A stretch of DNA of 64,000 nt from the human T2T-CHM13v2.0 reference genome, Homo sapiens. A program made the position numbers and the translations under genes. Below the pieces are notes generated by a model, which made no database searches, was not told where the DNA came from, and saw only the letters and a list, made by a program, of their open reading frames with translations. Numbering within the stretch: position 1 is the stretch's first letter; each line of letters opens with the position of its first letter. The DNA is taken from NCBI RefSeq assembly GCF_009914755.1, contig NC_060926.1; one strand, given 5' to 3'. Shown here in pieces: positions 25,148 through 38,630 of the stretch.

Positions 25148-27059
25148 CACACTGTTCTTTTGCTTGAATAAAATGTCACCTGACAATGCATGGGAGACCC
25201 ATGTGACTCCTCTCCCTAGACAAAATGTAAAAGATATCATGTCTTTGTACAACCACGTATTTAGAAATACTAAGCTTTTCTTTTTCTTTTGCTTGTTTGT
25301 CACTACACACCTCCCTCAACTAATGAGTGTGTACTGGAGATGATGATATTAGAATGAAAAAGGGGTAAGATGGGACAGGGAAGGAGTGGGAAAGATGTTT
25401 CATAATTTATAAAAAAAAGATGTACCTTTTTCCTTTAATTGTGCTGATAATTAAGTAGTAATATTTAGTAGTAATGCTTAATAGCAAAATTTCTATGGGT
25501 TACATTATATGTGATACTCCAGATTGCTCATACTCTAGCAAGTGGTAAAGTCTATCCCTACTGACCTCTCCTGTTATCCAACAATCAATTAAGGACATAA
25601 AGCTTAAATAAGAATGCAAAAAAAGCCAAGAATTCCAATTTTTCCAAGGCTCTATTACCAGCTAAAATATATTATAATCCCTACAGAGATACATCTTTCT
25701 TAAAAAAATAAAAAAGGGTGGATGAAAGAGAAACAAAACACTATTTAAAAGAATAGACATGAGAATATTTATAAACTTGTATCTAGACAGTAAGACCAAC
25801 TAAAGAGTCATTCAACTTATGGAAAGATAGACATACTTTACAAGTCTATTGAGTGTTATTACCAGACTGAAAAGAAAAAGAGAGAGCGATAAAATGAACT
25901 TTGTAGGGATATGAGAGTGTCCCAGATAGGTTTGCCAAGCAAGATTTTTGAGGGAGCATCATTTCATTTAAAGAGAAAATGACTCAGTTAACTTATATCT
26001 AACGTCTGATGCCCTCATCTGCAGAATGGTCATGAATCATATTCCAGAGAATGAACAGTGTAAACTATAGCATGAGGAATAAGCAAAATATCTCTGGCAA
26101 CTGTTTATCATACTTGGGATGGGTGATTGGAACTGGCTGATAGAATGTCTTCTTAGGAAGGCTTTACCTAGGATTTACTATCTAGGGTATATTTTCATCA
26201 GTCTGGAATGATATAAGAGCAAGTTTTTATGGTTCCTGAGACTCAACTCCCACCTGTGATGATCCTGGGGGTGAGTGAAGATAGAAAAAAATCAGGAAGC
26301 TAGAAAATCTTAATTTTAATCCTAGCTCATACTCTATAAACTCACACATATTCTTTTATCCTTTTGGATCTGCATTTCCTTCTTCTGTAAAAATGAGACC
26401 ATTTACAAAAGTTTTCCTGGTTCATTGCCACTTGGTAGCTCCAAACTTCTCCTTCAGTCTGTGTAATTCATATTCGTAATTATTATCCTATTCCAGAGCC
26501 TAAATTCAACTGTGGACATCAGGGAAGGGAGCAAGGATGCCTGCTGGAGAACATTCCTTACTGCCCGGTGTGAGGAAGGCAATTTCTAACCGCAAAGGAG
26601 CCAAAGGAGAGTGGGCTCCCTGGTGAAATGTTTGCCCGGGTCCTCATGCAGGTTTTAGCTGACCACTTGCCAGGGATGCTATGGAGAAGGTTTACGCATT
26701 TGGTAGGAGCAGTTGGCCTAGAAAAACCTTATATTCTTTTCCAAATCTTACTGAGGTGCTATCAAATCTCTTTGGTTGGTGGCTGCTTCTACTCTTGGAA
26801 GCAAGTTTTTTGTTTGTTTTTGTTTTTGTTCCTGTTTGTGTCCATGGGTTCCTTGACCAAGCCCTTCCCCAACCTGCATTTAGCAATAATTGTTCTATAA
26901 TTCCAGACTCCTTGTTACTCAATTTCCTGTTGCTGAAATACCTGATAGTGAGAACTGGCCTCTCTTAGAAAGGCTCTATGGCCATCCAGCAATCGCCTAG
27001 CCCACCCCTGCTGAATGGAAGACACATTACATTAAATCTAGCACTTGTTGTAGACAGAG

Positions 27060-27270
27060 GGCTCATGCCCTATGCTCAGAGTGGAGAAGCAGGGGCACAG
27101 TGGAAGACTTGGGGTGAGTGACACCTGGCTTTTTGCCCTGCTCCTTCACTTACCAGCTATGTGATCCAAAGATCACATCTTTTCTCTGACTTGACTCAGT
27201 TCCCACAATATGAAAATGTGTAATCACACTTTACTCCCAGGGTCAATGTGAGGATTAACTAAGCCAAGCC
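27060..27270 (+). mobile_element. MIR
   Basis: cacttaccagctatgtga...ctcagttccc...gtgaggattaa. Confidence 0.55.
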
Positions 27271-29175
27271 CGGGATTAACATTACTTTTCATCACTTTTC
27301 TTGTGTCCGTCCTTATTTTCTAATCCATCATATAAGACCTAGACATATCCCTATGGTTCATCATCTGCCCTTGGTCCAAACAAAAAACCCAGATGAATCC
27401 TCTGTCCATCTTTCCACATTTGGTCTGTGTCAAGGTCACTAAAACCCAGGCAAACAAAACCAAAGAATAAATTGTTCGAACATATAAACTTAACTCCCAT
27501 GACCTCTTCATACCTCTGATCCTGTCTACTTTATTCTCATGTGAATACAGCTCTCTTAGTCTTAAGCTCCCAGGGCTTTGGCCCCAGCACACATACCTCC
27601 TGAAACCCTTCAATGCAGCTGCCTCTTTCTTCTAAACTGATCCTTGCCATACCAGGTGAATTTGTGAGCAAACGCACTCTGTTCTGCTGCTGAGCTAGCA
27701 ATTTTTGCTACTGCTAAGTGCTCATCTTTATGACTTTATCCTTTTGCCTTCGTAAATTCACTTTATCGTTGAAATTATATACTCCATACCTTTTTTTTAA
27801 GTAAATTTATTTTTCTACTCTGGAGAAATTCTTTTTAGCTATTTGCAGTCAATCAAGTGTAAAACAATGGATTTCAACCACTAAAAATAACATTCAAGTG
27901 TTTTCCTTCATTGGCGTGACATTCTTATAAATTATTTTAAGAATCCCTGACAAGGTGAACAGCCATCCATGAGGCATGCATGGTGTATAGAAACCACAGA
28001 GATAATTGAGTGGGAATGAAAGAGTTATGAATTTCTGAATCTCTCATCTGGTGTGTTCACAGAGCATTGCTTTCCATACTAATTTAGGGATATAATCTAC
28101 TACGCGCACTTCAGAAACTAAAACCTGTGATTTGGGAAACATGTGACTAATCTTCTCACATGCAAATAAACACATGTGCAGCACTGGGTACTGTGTCTGG
28201 CAGCACTGGGAGCCTGTCTGTGGAGTGCCTGGAAGCATTATGCATTGTTATGCTGTTTCTGCAGGAAAACGTCTCTGTTTGCTGAGTCTCAGGTCTGTTT
28301 GGTGTGGAAATGTAGGTCAAATATTCATCTCTGACCTTTACTAATGGGACTCTTTTGGGCTTCTTGGTGAATTGATTGCACAGTTTTGTCATTCCCACCT
28401 CACCTACCTGACAAAAGAGCTGCTGATTCCTAGGAATCATAATTTGTTAGTTGTTTTGAACAATTATTCAACTCAACACAAATTTAGGAGCTTGCAAAAT
28501 TTTCACTGATATTTCACCTGAGTATACTCAGTAAAGTACTCACAAGTTGGTTCATATCTGTGTACTTTGTCCTCCTCACAAATTTAGGATTTTGAAGGCC
28601 AACTTTCTTTCTTCCTAGTTCTGCATACCCATGGTGCACTGAACGATGCTTGGCAAACAGTAATTCTCTAGAAAATGCTAAATCAGAGAAGATAAAATGT
28701 CTTGTTTGTATAATGCTGTGCAGTCTGGGCTAGTCAATATGTTTTCTTTGCACTCATCATGACATATTTCAAATGCATTAGTATATTAATCTATTTGGAA
28801 GATATTAAATAATTTGGAATACACAATCTGAGCCTGAATATTTAAAGAGATTAGAGCATGAGATCTGTTAACATGCTAGAAGACAAAAACTTTGTTTCAG
28901 TAGAGAGAAAGAAAGAGAGAGAGAGATTGTTTAATTCTTGATACTCAAAAAAGGGAATAGGACAAAAATTTATAAATATACATACACACACACATATAGA
29001 GAGAGGGATGACATCATTCAGTAGGCAAATAAAGTAATACAATGCAGATAAAGTAATACAATGCTAATGACTTTTCATGTGTTACCTCATTTAATTTTCT
29101 CTAACTAGTTTGAAGGAGAAACTGAGGCTCAGATAAGTTGTGTAGCATGTCCAAGTTTGAACAGTGGATGAATAG

Positions 29176-29309
29176 ATCCTCACTATCATAGTAGCATAGG
29201 GGAAATCTACCCCCATGATTCAATCACCTTCCACTACGTCCCTCCCCTGATATGTGGGGATTACATTTTGACATGAGGTTTGGGTAGGGACACAGAGCCA
29301 AACCATATA
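29176..29309 (-). mobile_element. THE1/MSTA LTR fragment
   Basis: cccccatgattcaatcacct...gtggggattaca...ttgggtagggacacagagccaaaccata. Confidence 0.8.
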
Positions 29310-29852
29310 AGGTAATAAAAGTGGCTTGTCATTCAAGCATCCATGAAAATAATTCATATGATATGATTAAAATAAATAAATTTGATTATTTCAATAGTTG
29401 CAGAACAAAAACTTGGTAAATTTAAACACCCATTTAAGTTCACTTTAATTATTTGCAAATCAAGAATAAAGACAATATCATTAACCTGGCAAAATGTAGA
29501 CACCAAAAATCTATAATAGACATTGTTATTCATCCTGAAATATTAGAATAATTAACCTCAAAAGCAGGAACAAAGCAAGTGTGTGTATTACCATGCATCC
29601 ATTCAACACTGCACTGGCGGTTCTCACCAATGCAATCAGTCGAGAAAATAGTAAGTCAAAATATAAGAAAGATAATATTATTCTGAAAGAGAAAAACAAA
29701 AAGATACCACAGACAAATTATTAAATTTAATAAAATGATTTAGTACGTTGGAAGTCACAAATGCAATATATGTTAGACAGGATTCAATCAGGGAAAGAGC
29801 ATCTGCTCTGGTATTTAAAACAGAAAATGGTTTAATTCAGGAAATAGGAGGC

Positions 29853-30507
29853 TGTGTTAGTGTCCAGCTGCTGCTATAAAAAATAGTGACAAACTAGGTG
29901 GCTTAATACGGTTAATATTTATTTTATTGCAGTTTTGGAGGCTATATGTCCACAATCAAGGTGTCAGCAAGGCCACATTCTTTCTTAAGTCCTATGAGAG
30001 AATCCCATTATGCCTACTCCAGTGTCCAGTGATTACCAGCCAGCCTTGGAATTCAAAGGCTTCTGGCTGCATCACTCCACCCTCCACCTCTGTCTTCACA
30101 AGAACTTCTTTCCTGTGTATCTCTGTCCTGTACTATATTTCTTCTCTTCTCAGAAGGTAGCTGCATCCCTCTGCCCTTCAGCTCTGTCTTCACAAGGTCT
30201 TGTTTACTGTGTGTCTCTGTCCATCACTATATTTCTTCTCTTCTTCTCAGAAGGTAGCTGCATCACTCCACCCTCCACCTCTGTCTTCACAAGGCCTTCT
30301 TTCCTGTGTCTCTGTCACTGTACTTCTTCTCTTCTTCTCAGAAGGACAGCAGTCATAGTGGATCTGTGCACTCCCATGCTTCAACATGACCTATTCATAA
30401 CTAAGTACATCAGAAAAGACCCTATCTCCAAAGAAGGGTTCATTCACAGGTATCAGGGAGTAGGACTTCAATATATCTTTTTTGGATACACAGTGTAGCC
30501 AACAACA
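29853..30507 (-). mobile_element. MLT1C-like MaLR solo LTR with internal triplication
   Basis: tgtgttag...acaaactaggtggctta...caaggtgtcagcaagg...aaca; perfect TSD gaggc 29848-29852 / 30508-30512. Confidence 0.85.
30067..30346. repeat. Three tandem ~90-98 bp units inside the MLT1 LTR
   Basis: gctgcatc...ctctgtcttcacaag...ttctcagaagg starts at 30067, 30160 and 30258. Confidence 0.9.
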
Positions 30508-32109
30508 GAGGCTTCTCAAGGCTTTGAAGGGCCAGGGAAGACAGAACAGAGAATTCACTGTAATTTATGGAACCCGGAAAATGATGCTGATAATCTTGGC
30601 CACATGAAGCACCAAAGCCAGTGAATTTCTGGTAGATACCCAGATGCTCACATCTGCTGACAGAAGAAGACTGCACTGCCTGTGGCTTCCGTGGAAGCAA
30701 GTGATGCGTTGCTTCCCTTAGACTCAGATGACTCACTCAGGCACACAGTCTAAGCCAGTGAGCTGGCAAGGCACCCTAGGAGGCAGGGCATCTAGCTTTC
30801 CAGTCCCTGCAATAACCTAGAATGTTTGGGATGAAGATGAGCATCAGTGGACAATATTAAACACAATTTACACAATCGATTGAATTTCTACTTATAACAA
30901 ACAAACAGAAAAATAAATTTAAAAATTAAAAATGGCATTTGTAATAGCAATATACATGAAACCTTTGTAATTCTAACAAAATCTACGTAGTACACTTGAG
31001 GAGAAAATGTAAGAATGTACTAAAATTCAAAGATTTATTGAATTGAAAGATATTACAGTTCTTAAAAGATGTGTTGATTCTTATGTTCATAGAAGCAATG
31101 CTTCTAATTAAAAAACGAACATCAACTACATATCTAATAAAAAGAGAAGTAATAAATAAATTATAATATATTCACAAAATTAATTATTATACGAAGGTGA
31201 AAATAATGAATTATAGCCATATGTAACAAAAATATTGAATCTTAGAATCCTCATATTGGGTGGAAAAAAACAAATAATTGAATAGTCCATATAGCATTAT
31301 AACATTATTTAATGTTCAAAAACAAGTAAAAAGGAGCAAGATATTGTTTAATAAAATATAAATGAATATGAATATGTGGCACAACTATTTTTATAAGACA
31401 AAGGAATAATTAACACAAAATTGAGGCTAGTCAAGTTTTGCAGGAGAAAGCGGGGGAGGAGATAGATGTAAAGGCTCACTTGGTGCTACTGGCTGTCTTC
31501 TAGGTCTTAGCTGGGTTGGTAAGGTCAGGAGTATTTATCTTAATAATGCGCTGTATAAATTATAGATATATGCTACACATATTTCTTTGAAGCCTTCAAC
31601 TATTCAATAGTATATATTTTTATGATATGAAAAAATTAATAAGTGAATGCATAAAAATGAAAGTTTTAGTATTTTCCTCCACATGACGATGGGTCAAAGT
31701 GCCCCACTTAAGAGAACATTTCTCTAGGAATTTTGATTTCAGTCATGGAAATAAGAGATAATATGAAAATGACTAGATTCAGTCTAGCTGAAGAGGTACA
31801 TGAGCAGGACAAACACCAAAGGTTTATCCTAGAATAAGAGAAAAAGAAAATAAGAGAAAGGAGGGAGTAGATAGACGATGCAGTTTAACTGCTCGTATTC
31901 ATCCAGCATGATAATAATTAAACACATGCCTGTTCTTAGAAGCAGGGCCTTTCCTCACTTTCATATTCAGTTATATTAATCGGAGCCTGAAATCTCTAAA
32001 AGTTTTTTTTATTAAATGTGTAAATAATTATAAAAGCTGTATCTTAATTACTATTTTATTAAATGCTTTATAAATGTATTCAAGTTAACAACAAATGAAC
32101 TTAGTATCA

Positions 32110-32900
32110 CAACACTGATTCACTTATTTCTTTATCATTTCAACATTCATTGGTCACCAAATCTGTACCAAGCATCTTGTTAGTGAGGGGCTTATTTAAA
32201 GAAAAAATAGTGTCAGCCATTGCAAATATCTTAGTCAAGGAGAGAAGCCAGATAAATAAAACTAACTAGCAATTCAGACTGGCATATAAGACTGATGTGT
32301 ACCTAGAAAATCCCTCTGAGAGCGGTATGTACCTAGAAAAGGCCACAGATACACCAAGGATGGGACCACTCACTGGATCAAAGGAAGGGAGGGAACACTC
32401 CAGGGTAAAGATCGTGTTGAAGCAGAATGTTGAAGGAAGAGCATGAATTTTTCCAGTAGAGAGAAGGGGAAAGAGAATGGCATCTGAGTGAAGCCAAATA
32501 ACTGAAAGTGGCAATGATAGATTTACAATATTTTAAGAAATATTAAATATGTAGAAAATGTAAAACAGATGAGGATATGTCCCCAGATGACACTGGAAAG
32601 GCAAAAGGGCATAAACTAGATTGTGATGGTTCTTGATATTATTTAAATTGCTGAGATTATATCAAAGTAGTGCAAAGCCCCAGGGCACCTGAGCAGATAA
32701 ATCGCAGCATCATACCTGTTTACCTAATGGCATCATACATGTTTACCTAACGCCAAAGTGACTACCCATAGAAGGGAGATAAATCATAGAAGGAAGAAAC
32801 TAAGGCAGGGAAGCAATGTATTGCAACAATCCATGGAGATGAAGATTTGGCTATGAGAAATGAGCAGCAGGAAGTCATCTGACAGAAGGAAGGGGGTCAT
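32110..32900 (-). mobile_element. L2 fragments
   Basis: cattttcaacattcattgg...ctgtaccaagc, followed by an L2-like purine-rich body. Confidence 0.5.
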
Positions 32901-33294
32901 TTGACATTAGAATGTGTGAGCCAGCTGTGGTGAGAAAATGGGAAACATCACACCTGGTCTCAGAGTTTGCAGCTGCAGGGAGTTGCTGCTCTTCAGTGCG
33001 CAGGTCCCTTCCCAGGGAAGCCAACTCTGAGACAGATTGTGCGTGCAAGAAGCTTACCGTGGGTGCACTTGGGATCCACGCCAGCAGAGGAGGGAGTGAA
33101 GAAAGTAGGAGTGGCTCTAGGGAGATGGTGTCCTTCCAAAAATGTCCTACAGGGAGTACTGGAGTTAAGATGGTCCTGCAGAATTTGTCCTATGATAAGA
33201 CAAGGGCTCCAGACCTTATGGTCCTGTCTCAGCCATCCACTGATGGCAGCTGCTCTGAGTGCGGGTGTGTATGTGTACGTTATGTGTGTACACA

Positions 33295-35000
33295 CACTTA
33301 GAAATATAAAAGTAGTTACTGCATCTATGTAAAAAGAGCTGAGAACTTTTTCCCCTATAGATAATAGAAAATACCTCTCAGACATTAAAAATTAAATGGT
33401 GAAATAAAAAAATAAATAGAAAGAATGGATGACAAAATTGATAACATCTCCTAGAAAGCATATCATATAAGCAATAGAAAAAAATAATATAATAAAACTA
33501 AAACATTAGTTCAGGGTATTCAAAGAATGAGAGTTCGAGAAGAAGATTATAGAAATATGAAAGGGAATAAATAAAAGAAAAATGAAAATAAAATTTTACA
33601 AAAATGAAGAGCAAAAATTTTCAGATTGACAGCTCCCCCTTATTTTTCAGCACAGCTGAAAGAAAGGATCACACAGCCAAGGAAGGGACATCACCATGAA
33701 ATTTCAGAGCCCCAAGGGAAAATGGAACAGACCTTAAATTCTCCCTGATAGTAAAGGAAAACAGAAGACAGAGGATTTTGGATGAGAATAGCTTCAGGTT
33801 TCCACAACACCACCACTAAAAGTTAGGTATTGCTTTCAAAAAGCATGAGAAATAATGATTTTCAATCTACATTTTTATCCCATTCAAAATATTAATGAAA
33901 CAAGAAAATTGAGAGGTTTTTCAGATTCATAGCCTTTCAAGAATTGTATGTTTCATGCTGAAAGAAGGTATACTCCACCAAAATGAGAAAATAAACCCAA
34001 GAGACACATGAGATAAATTACATAATATAACACAACATATAGATATAGCCTAGAAGAGAAGATAGAGCCCTAAGATGCTAGTGCTCTATTCCATTTAATG
34101 TTGCCATAAAGGAATAACAGACTGGGTAATTTATCAAGAAAGGAGATTTATTTGACTTGGGGTTCTGCAGGCTAGAAGACTGGATATCTGCATCTGATGA
34201 GGTCTGGCCTCAGGCTGCTTCCACTCATGGCAGAAAGTGAAGGGGAGCTGGCATATCCAGACACTACTTGGCTAAAGAGGAGCAAGAGAGCAGAGGGGAG
34301 GAGCAAGAGAGCAGAGGGGAGGAGCAGGCTCTTTTGAACAATCAGCTTTATGGGAAGCAACACAGTGAGAACCCACTCACTATAGCGAAGACAGCACTGT
34401 AAGGAATCTGCCCCATGACCCAAACACCTCCCATTAAACTCTACCCCAAACATTGGGAATCAAATTTCAACATGAGTTTTAGGGGAACAAAGATGCAAAC
34501 TGTAGTCAACAGTGGAGAGAAATCCATAGACCGCAGCAGTTCAGCAGACCTATGGGAAGTTGTCTTAAGGCTAACACAAGGTCAATGGCACATTTGATGC
34601 ATTTGAGTATAGTAAGAGAAGATTTATAGTTCTGGCCCTGAATTTGTGGTTAAATTAAATAATAGCTGACAACAACAACAGTAAAAACACCTAGACAAAA
34701 TCTAACTAAATAAACAAGATGATTACTGGCTTCCAGTAACAAAAAATACATTATACAAGAAAGAAAATAATATTTTAATACACTTAATATCCAACCTGTG
34801 AATAATATTTAAATAGTAAAGTAGCACAAACATTATTGATTTTTTTAAAATGTGGCATATTAGACTAAGGAAAGGGGAAATGGGGGTGAGGATACGAAAC
34901 TCCTAAGTTCTATAATAGGAAGTTGGAAAATAAGAGTAGAACTATGATTCTGCTGAGAAAAAAGATCAGAGACTTCTTTTCATTGTAAACCTATAATTAA
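33295..35000 (+). mobile_element. HAL1/old L1 ORF1-like remnant split by an MST LTR
   Basis: A-rich degenerate ORF1-like sequence (catcaccatgaaatttcagag...gcttcaggtttccacaacac...tgattttcaatcta). Confidence 0.4.
34082..34508 (-). mobile_element. MSTB-type MaLR solo LTR
   Basis: agactgggtaatttat...ggcctcaggctgcttccactcatggcagaa...cccatgacccaaacacctccca...tcaaatttcaacatgag. Confidence 0.85.
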
Positions 35001-35174
35001 CTATGTGTGTATATGCAAAAGAATTGTTGTAAGCTCAGAAGAGTTCTGCTAAAGTATAAATTTAAGAATGTTCAAGACGTAGGGAATAGTTGAGGCTTTG
35101 GATATGGGTGGAATAACTAGAATAATTACAAAGAGTAGGGAGATAGGAGGATATGACTAAGGACAGAAACCGGG

Positions 35175-35622
35175 TGTAAGGGGCCACATGGAACAACACC
35201 CATCCACCCCCAATTGCATTCATGTCCTAGTCCCCAGAACCTGTGAACGTTACCTTGTAGGCAAATGATATGATTTGATTTCGGATCTTGAAAGGAGGAC
35301 TTCATTCATCCTGGATTATCAAGGTGGGCCCTAAGTGTCATTTCACCTGTCCTATAAGAGACGGGCAGAGGAAGTGTTGAGACAGATGCACAGAGACAGC
35401 CAAGCGAGATGCCACCACGAGCCGAGGAATGCCGACCCCTGCAGAAGTTTGAAGAGGCAGGAAACAGATTCTTCCACAGAACCGCCAGAGGGAACGCAGC
35501 CCCACTAGCACCTTGAGTTTGGACTTCTCATCTCCAGAACCCTGAGATATAAATTTATCTTGTTTTTAGCCACAAAGTTTGAGGAAATATGTTATAGCGG
35601 CCACAGGAAACTTCATAATACA
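35175..35622 (+). mobile_element. MLT1C/D-type MaLR solo LTR
   Basis: ccccagaacctgtgaacgttacctt...ctggattatc..ggtgggccctaa...gaagaggcaggaaacagattct...acaggaaact..aataca. Confidence 0.8.
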
Positions 35623-35989
35623 CCAACGAGCCCTTGAAGACCTTCATTTTTTTAAAAGGTCAGGCCAAGAGATGGAAAACGAGGCCCAGGAAAAGAGCTT
35701 GAATTGAGACCTTTGGGGAGTTGTTGATGACCTCAATTGACACAGATGCTTTAGACTGACAGATGAAAGTGAGTTGAGCTTGGATGTGAGGTGAAAACAG
35801 GAGACAGTGATCCCAAATTACTGCTAATTTTTAAATCAGATATAAAGAGAATAGAAGTAGGATAAAAAATGGAGGAGGGGGGCAGATTTTCCACCCTTTA
35901 TGCTGAAGTCAGAATGAAAAAATTGAAAAGCTGTTCAATAACCCCACAACTGGAGAAATGCAGAGTAGGATGTGAGAGTATGGGTGTGA

Positions 35990-36190
35990 GAAACACTTAG
36001 ATTTGAACCCTGGCTCTTCCACCTGCCTGCATAAGGACTGTTTTTGCCACTTGACTCTAGCTCTGGAATCCTCTGTGCCCTCATCTGTGTATTGAGGATA
36101 ATAACAGCTACCCACAGGGTTACTAAATTTTCTAAATCAAATGATGGATCCAATGTGCTTGGCATGTTTCCCACTACTTGGTGAGTCCTT
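35990..36190 (+). mobile_element. MIR
   Basis: atttgaaccctggctc...cctcatctgt...gataataacagctacccacaggg. Confidence 0.55.
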
Positions 36191-36657
36191 GTCATTGTAA
36201 GACTTATTTTTCTTGCATTGTTGTGATCATTTTCCTTGTTAGTAGTTTTATGTCTGAATAAGAAGGCAGAGGTACTCTATAAAAATACACGTTAACTGCA
36301 AAAGACTCTGACCAAGGCACTGTACATCATAAATGACATATTTCCCCAAGTTGGTAAAGCCATCTGATAACCCAATGCAGGTAACTGACAGATTTAAATG
36401 GAGAATTTCATTATTATGTAGCCCTAGCAGTCCACTAACCATCTTCAGTAGAAATCTCGAAATCAAATGGAACATGTGTGTTCTCCTTGAGGAAACAAAG
36501 AATAAAATGCATTTTTATTTTGATGGAACTGGAAACCTCTGTTTCTTAATGAGCATACGTGCCAAAAAGGACCAATGACTTTTTGTAGAGCCAAAACTTT
36601 GCCACTCTCCAGATTTCTGTGACGGATGTATGATTTCTCACTATGTAACTTTCCTAA

Positions 36658-36955
<298 letters not shown>

Positions 36956-37149
36956 TAAGTTATATATATTTTTGTCTCAGGCAGGAGAAGCCAAAAAGGA
37001 GGACTGAAATATCTAAGTAACCTGAAAGAGATTAATAAGAATAAATCAGTTTCTCTTATTGGTAATTCAACATGTAGGATACATTCAGAGGTAGATTTCA
37101 ACATTAAACACATAAACACATATTAATATTTTTTTCTGAACTCCTTTGA

Positions 37150-37300
37150 ATTTTTAGCCTGGAAAAAAGAAAACTTAGAGAAGGCATGACAAGGTGTTCA
37201 GATACCTAATGGGCTGTCATATAGGAGATGGATTGCACTTGTATGTGTAGGTCAAGGCAGCAGAACCATGAAGAATAGGAGAAAAGTTCTGTAAATGAGG
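37150..37300 (+). mobile_element. L3/CR1 3' fragment
   Basis: tttagcctggaaaaaagaaaacttagag...gggctgtcat...gcagaacca resembles the CR1/L3 ORF2 end. Confidence 0.55.
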
Positions 37301-38099
37301 ACAGAAATAACTTTTTATGTTTTATGGATTTGTGGGTAGACATAGGACAGGACAGACCTCCCAATACTGGAGCACATTTTGTCTTGTAATAGCCAGATTC
37401 TTTAAGCTGCCTTAGACACCTAACTCAATTAAGCAAAAATGTTAATTTGATAATTCATAGAATTATAGGGTAATCTGTATACTTATAGAAAATCTAAGGA
37501 TACATAGATTTCAATTATAGCTGGATCCAGGGGTTCAAATATGCCCAGTCTGGAGAAGAGTGACACATTTCTAGACCACACAGACAGACAAAGAAAGCTG
37601 TGGCTACCTAAGGGCTGCTGTGAAAACCATGAAGATATCCCCTAAACTACTCAGGAGAAGCTGTGTCCGACCTACAACTTAACTGAGCAAGTCATCATCT
37701 GGGATGACTGTGACAGACACAAATATCTGAGTTCTACCCTCAGGCGTTCAAATTCAGTGGCCTTGGAATCCCACCAGAGAAGCTGCACTTTTACCAACTA
37801 TCCTTTCTTGTCTTATAGGACTGTTTGAGTATTGAGTAATTTATATGAGTCTACTCTTAATTGTTGTAGAAATGTTAATAATCATTCATCAAATATATAG
37901 TAAATTTGCCAAAGTTAACTGTAAGTAAATTTGCCAAAATCATGGAAATAATTAAGTGTGAAAGCCAGAAAGCTTCAAGCCAGAGTTCTTTCCACACACT
38001 GTGTTGTACTGTGTTCTTACACAGCATGTACATATGTGCATATGCAAGTGTGTGTTTGTGTGTATATGTGTGTGTGTGTATACATGCATGTGTCTGTAT

Positions 38100-38630
38100 A
38101 TAAAATAAAACAATGGTAGTCTTCAGCCATAACATATCACTAATTCCATTTAATGTAAATGGTCTAAATGCACCAGTAAAAATAAAGAGATTGACAAACA
38201 GGATTTTAAAATGATCCTAATGCATGACGTTTATACTAAACTCCCTTCAGATATAATGATATAGGCAGGTAAAAGTTAATAAGATAGAAAAAAAATCATG
38301 CAACCATTAATCAAAAAATGCAGATGTGGCTACATTAATATCAGATGCAGTAGACTTCAAAGCAAGGAAAATTACCAGAGACAGAAAGGTATGTTATGTA
38401 ATGATAAAAGGATCAATCTACCGAAAAGACAGTGATCCCAAATGTCTATGCATGAAACAACAAAGCTGCAAAACATATGAACCAAAAAATGATAGAGCTA
38501 AAAGGAGAAAAAATAAATCCGCAATAATCATTGCAATCTTTAACACTCCTCTCTAAGCAACTGATGGAACAACTAGACTGAAAATTAACAAAGATACAGA
38601 AGAATTTAACAACATCAAACCACCAGATTT
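38100..38630 (+). mobile_element. Old L1M ORF2 endonuclease fragment
   Basis: taatgtaaatggtctaaatgcaccagt; ORF 38326-38556 ATLISDAVDFKARKITRDR..YVMIKGSI matches L1 EN. Confidence 0.85.

Larger units (their letters stand above)
29310..31650 (+). mobile_element. Old L1 (L1ME-like) ORF2/3' fragments interrupted by LTRs at ~29771-30840
   Basis: Degenerate RT-region motifs (caggaacaaagcaag..., cattcaacactgcactgg) and 3' end motifs. Confidence 0.55.

Noticed and set aside
30067-30346. Repeat-spacer-like appearance (CRISPR-like)
   Set aside because: Whole units are homologous with no unique spacers; eukaryotic LTR context
29927-30498. ORFs with repeated GCITPPSTSVFTR
   Set aside because: Product of the tandem triplication within an MLT1 LTR
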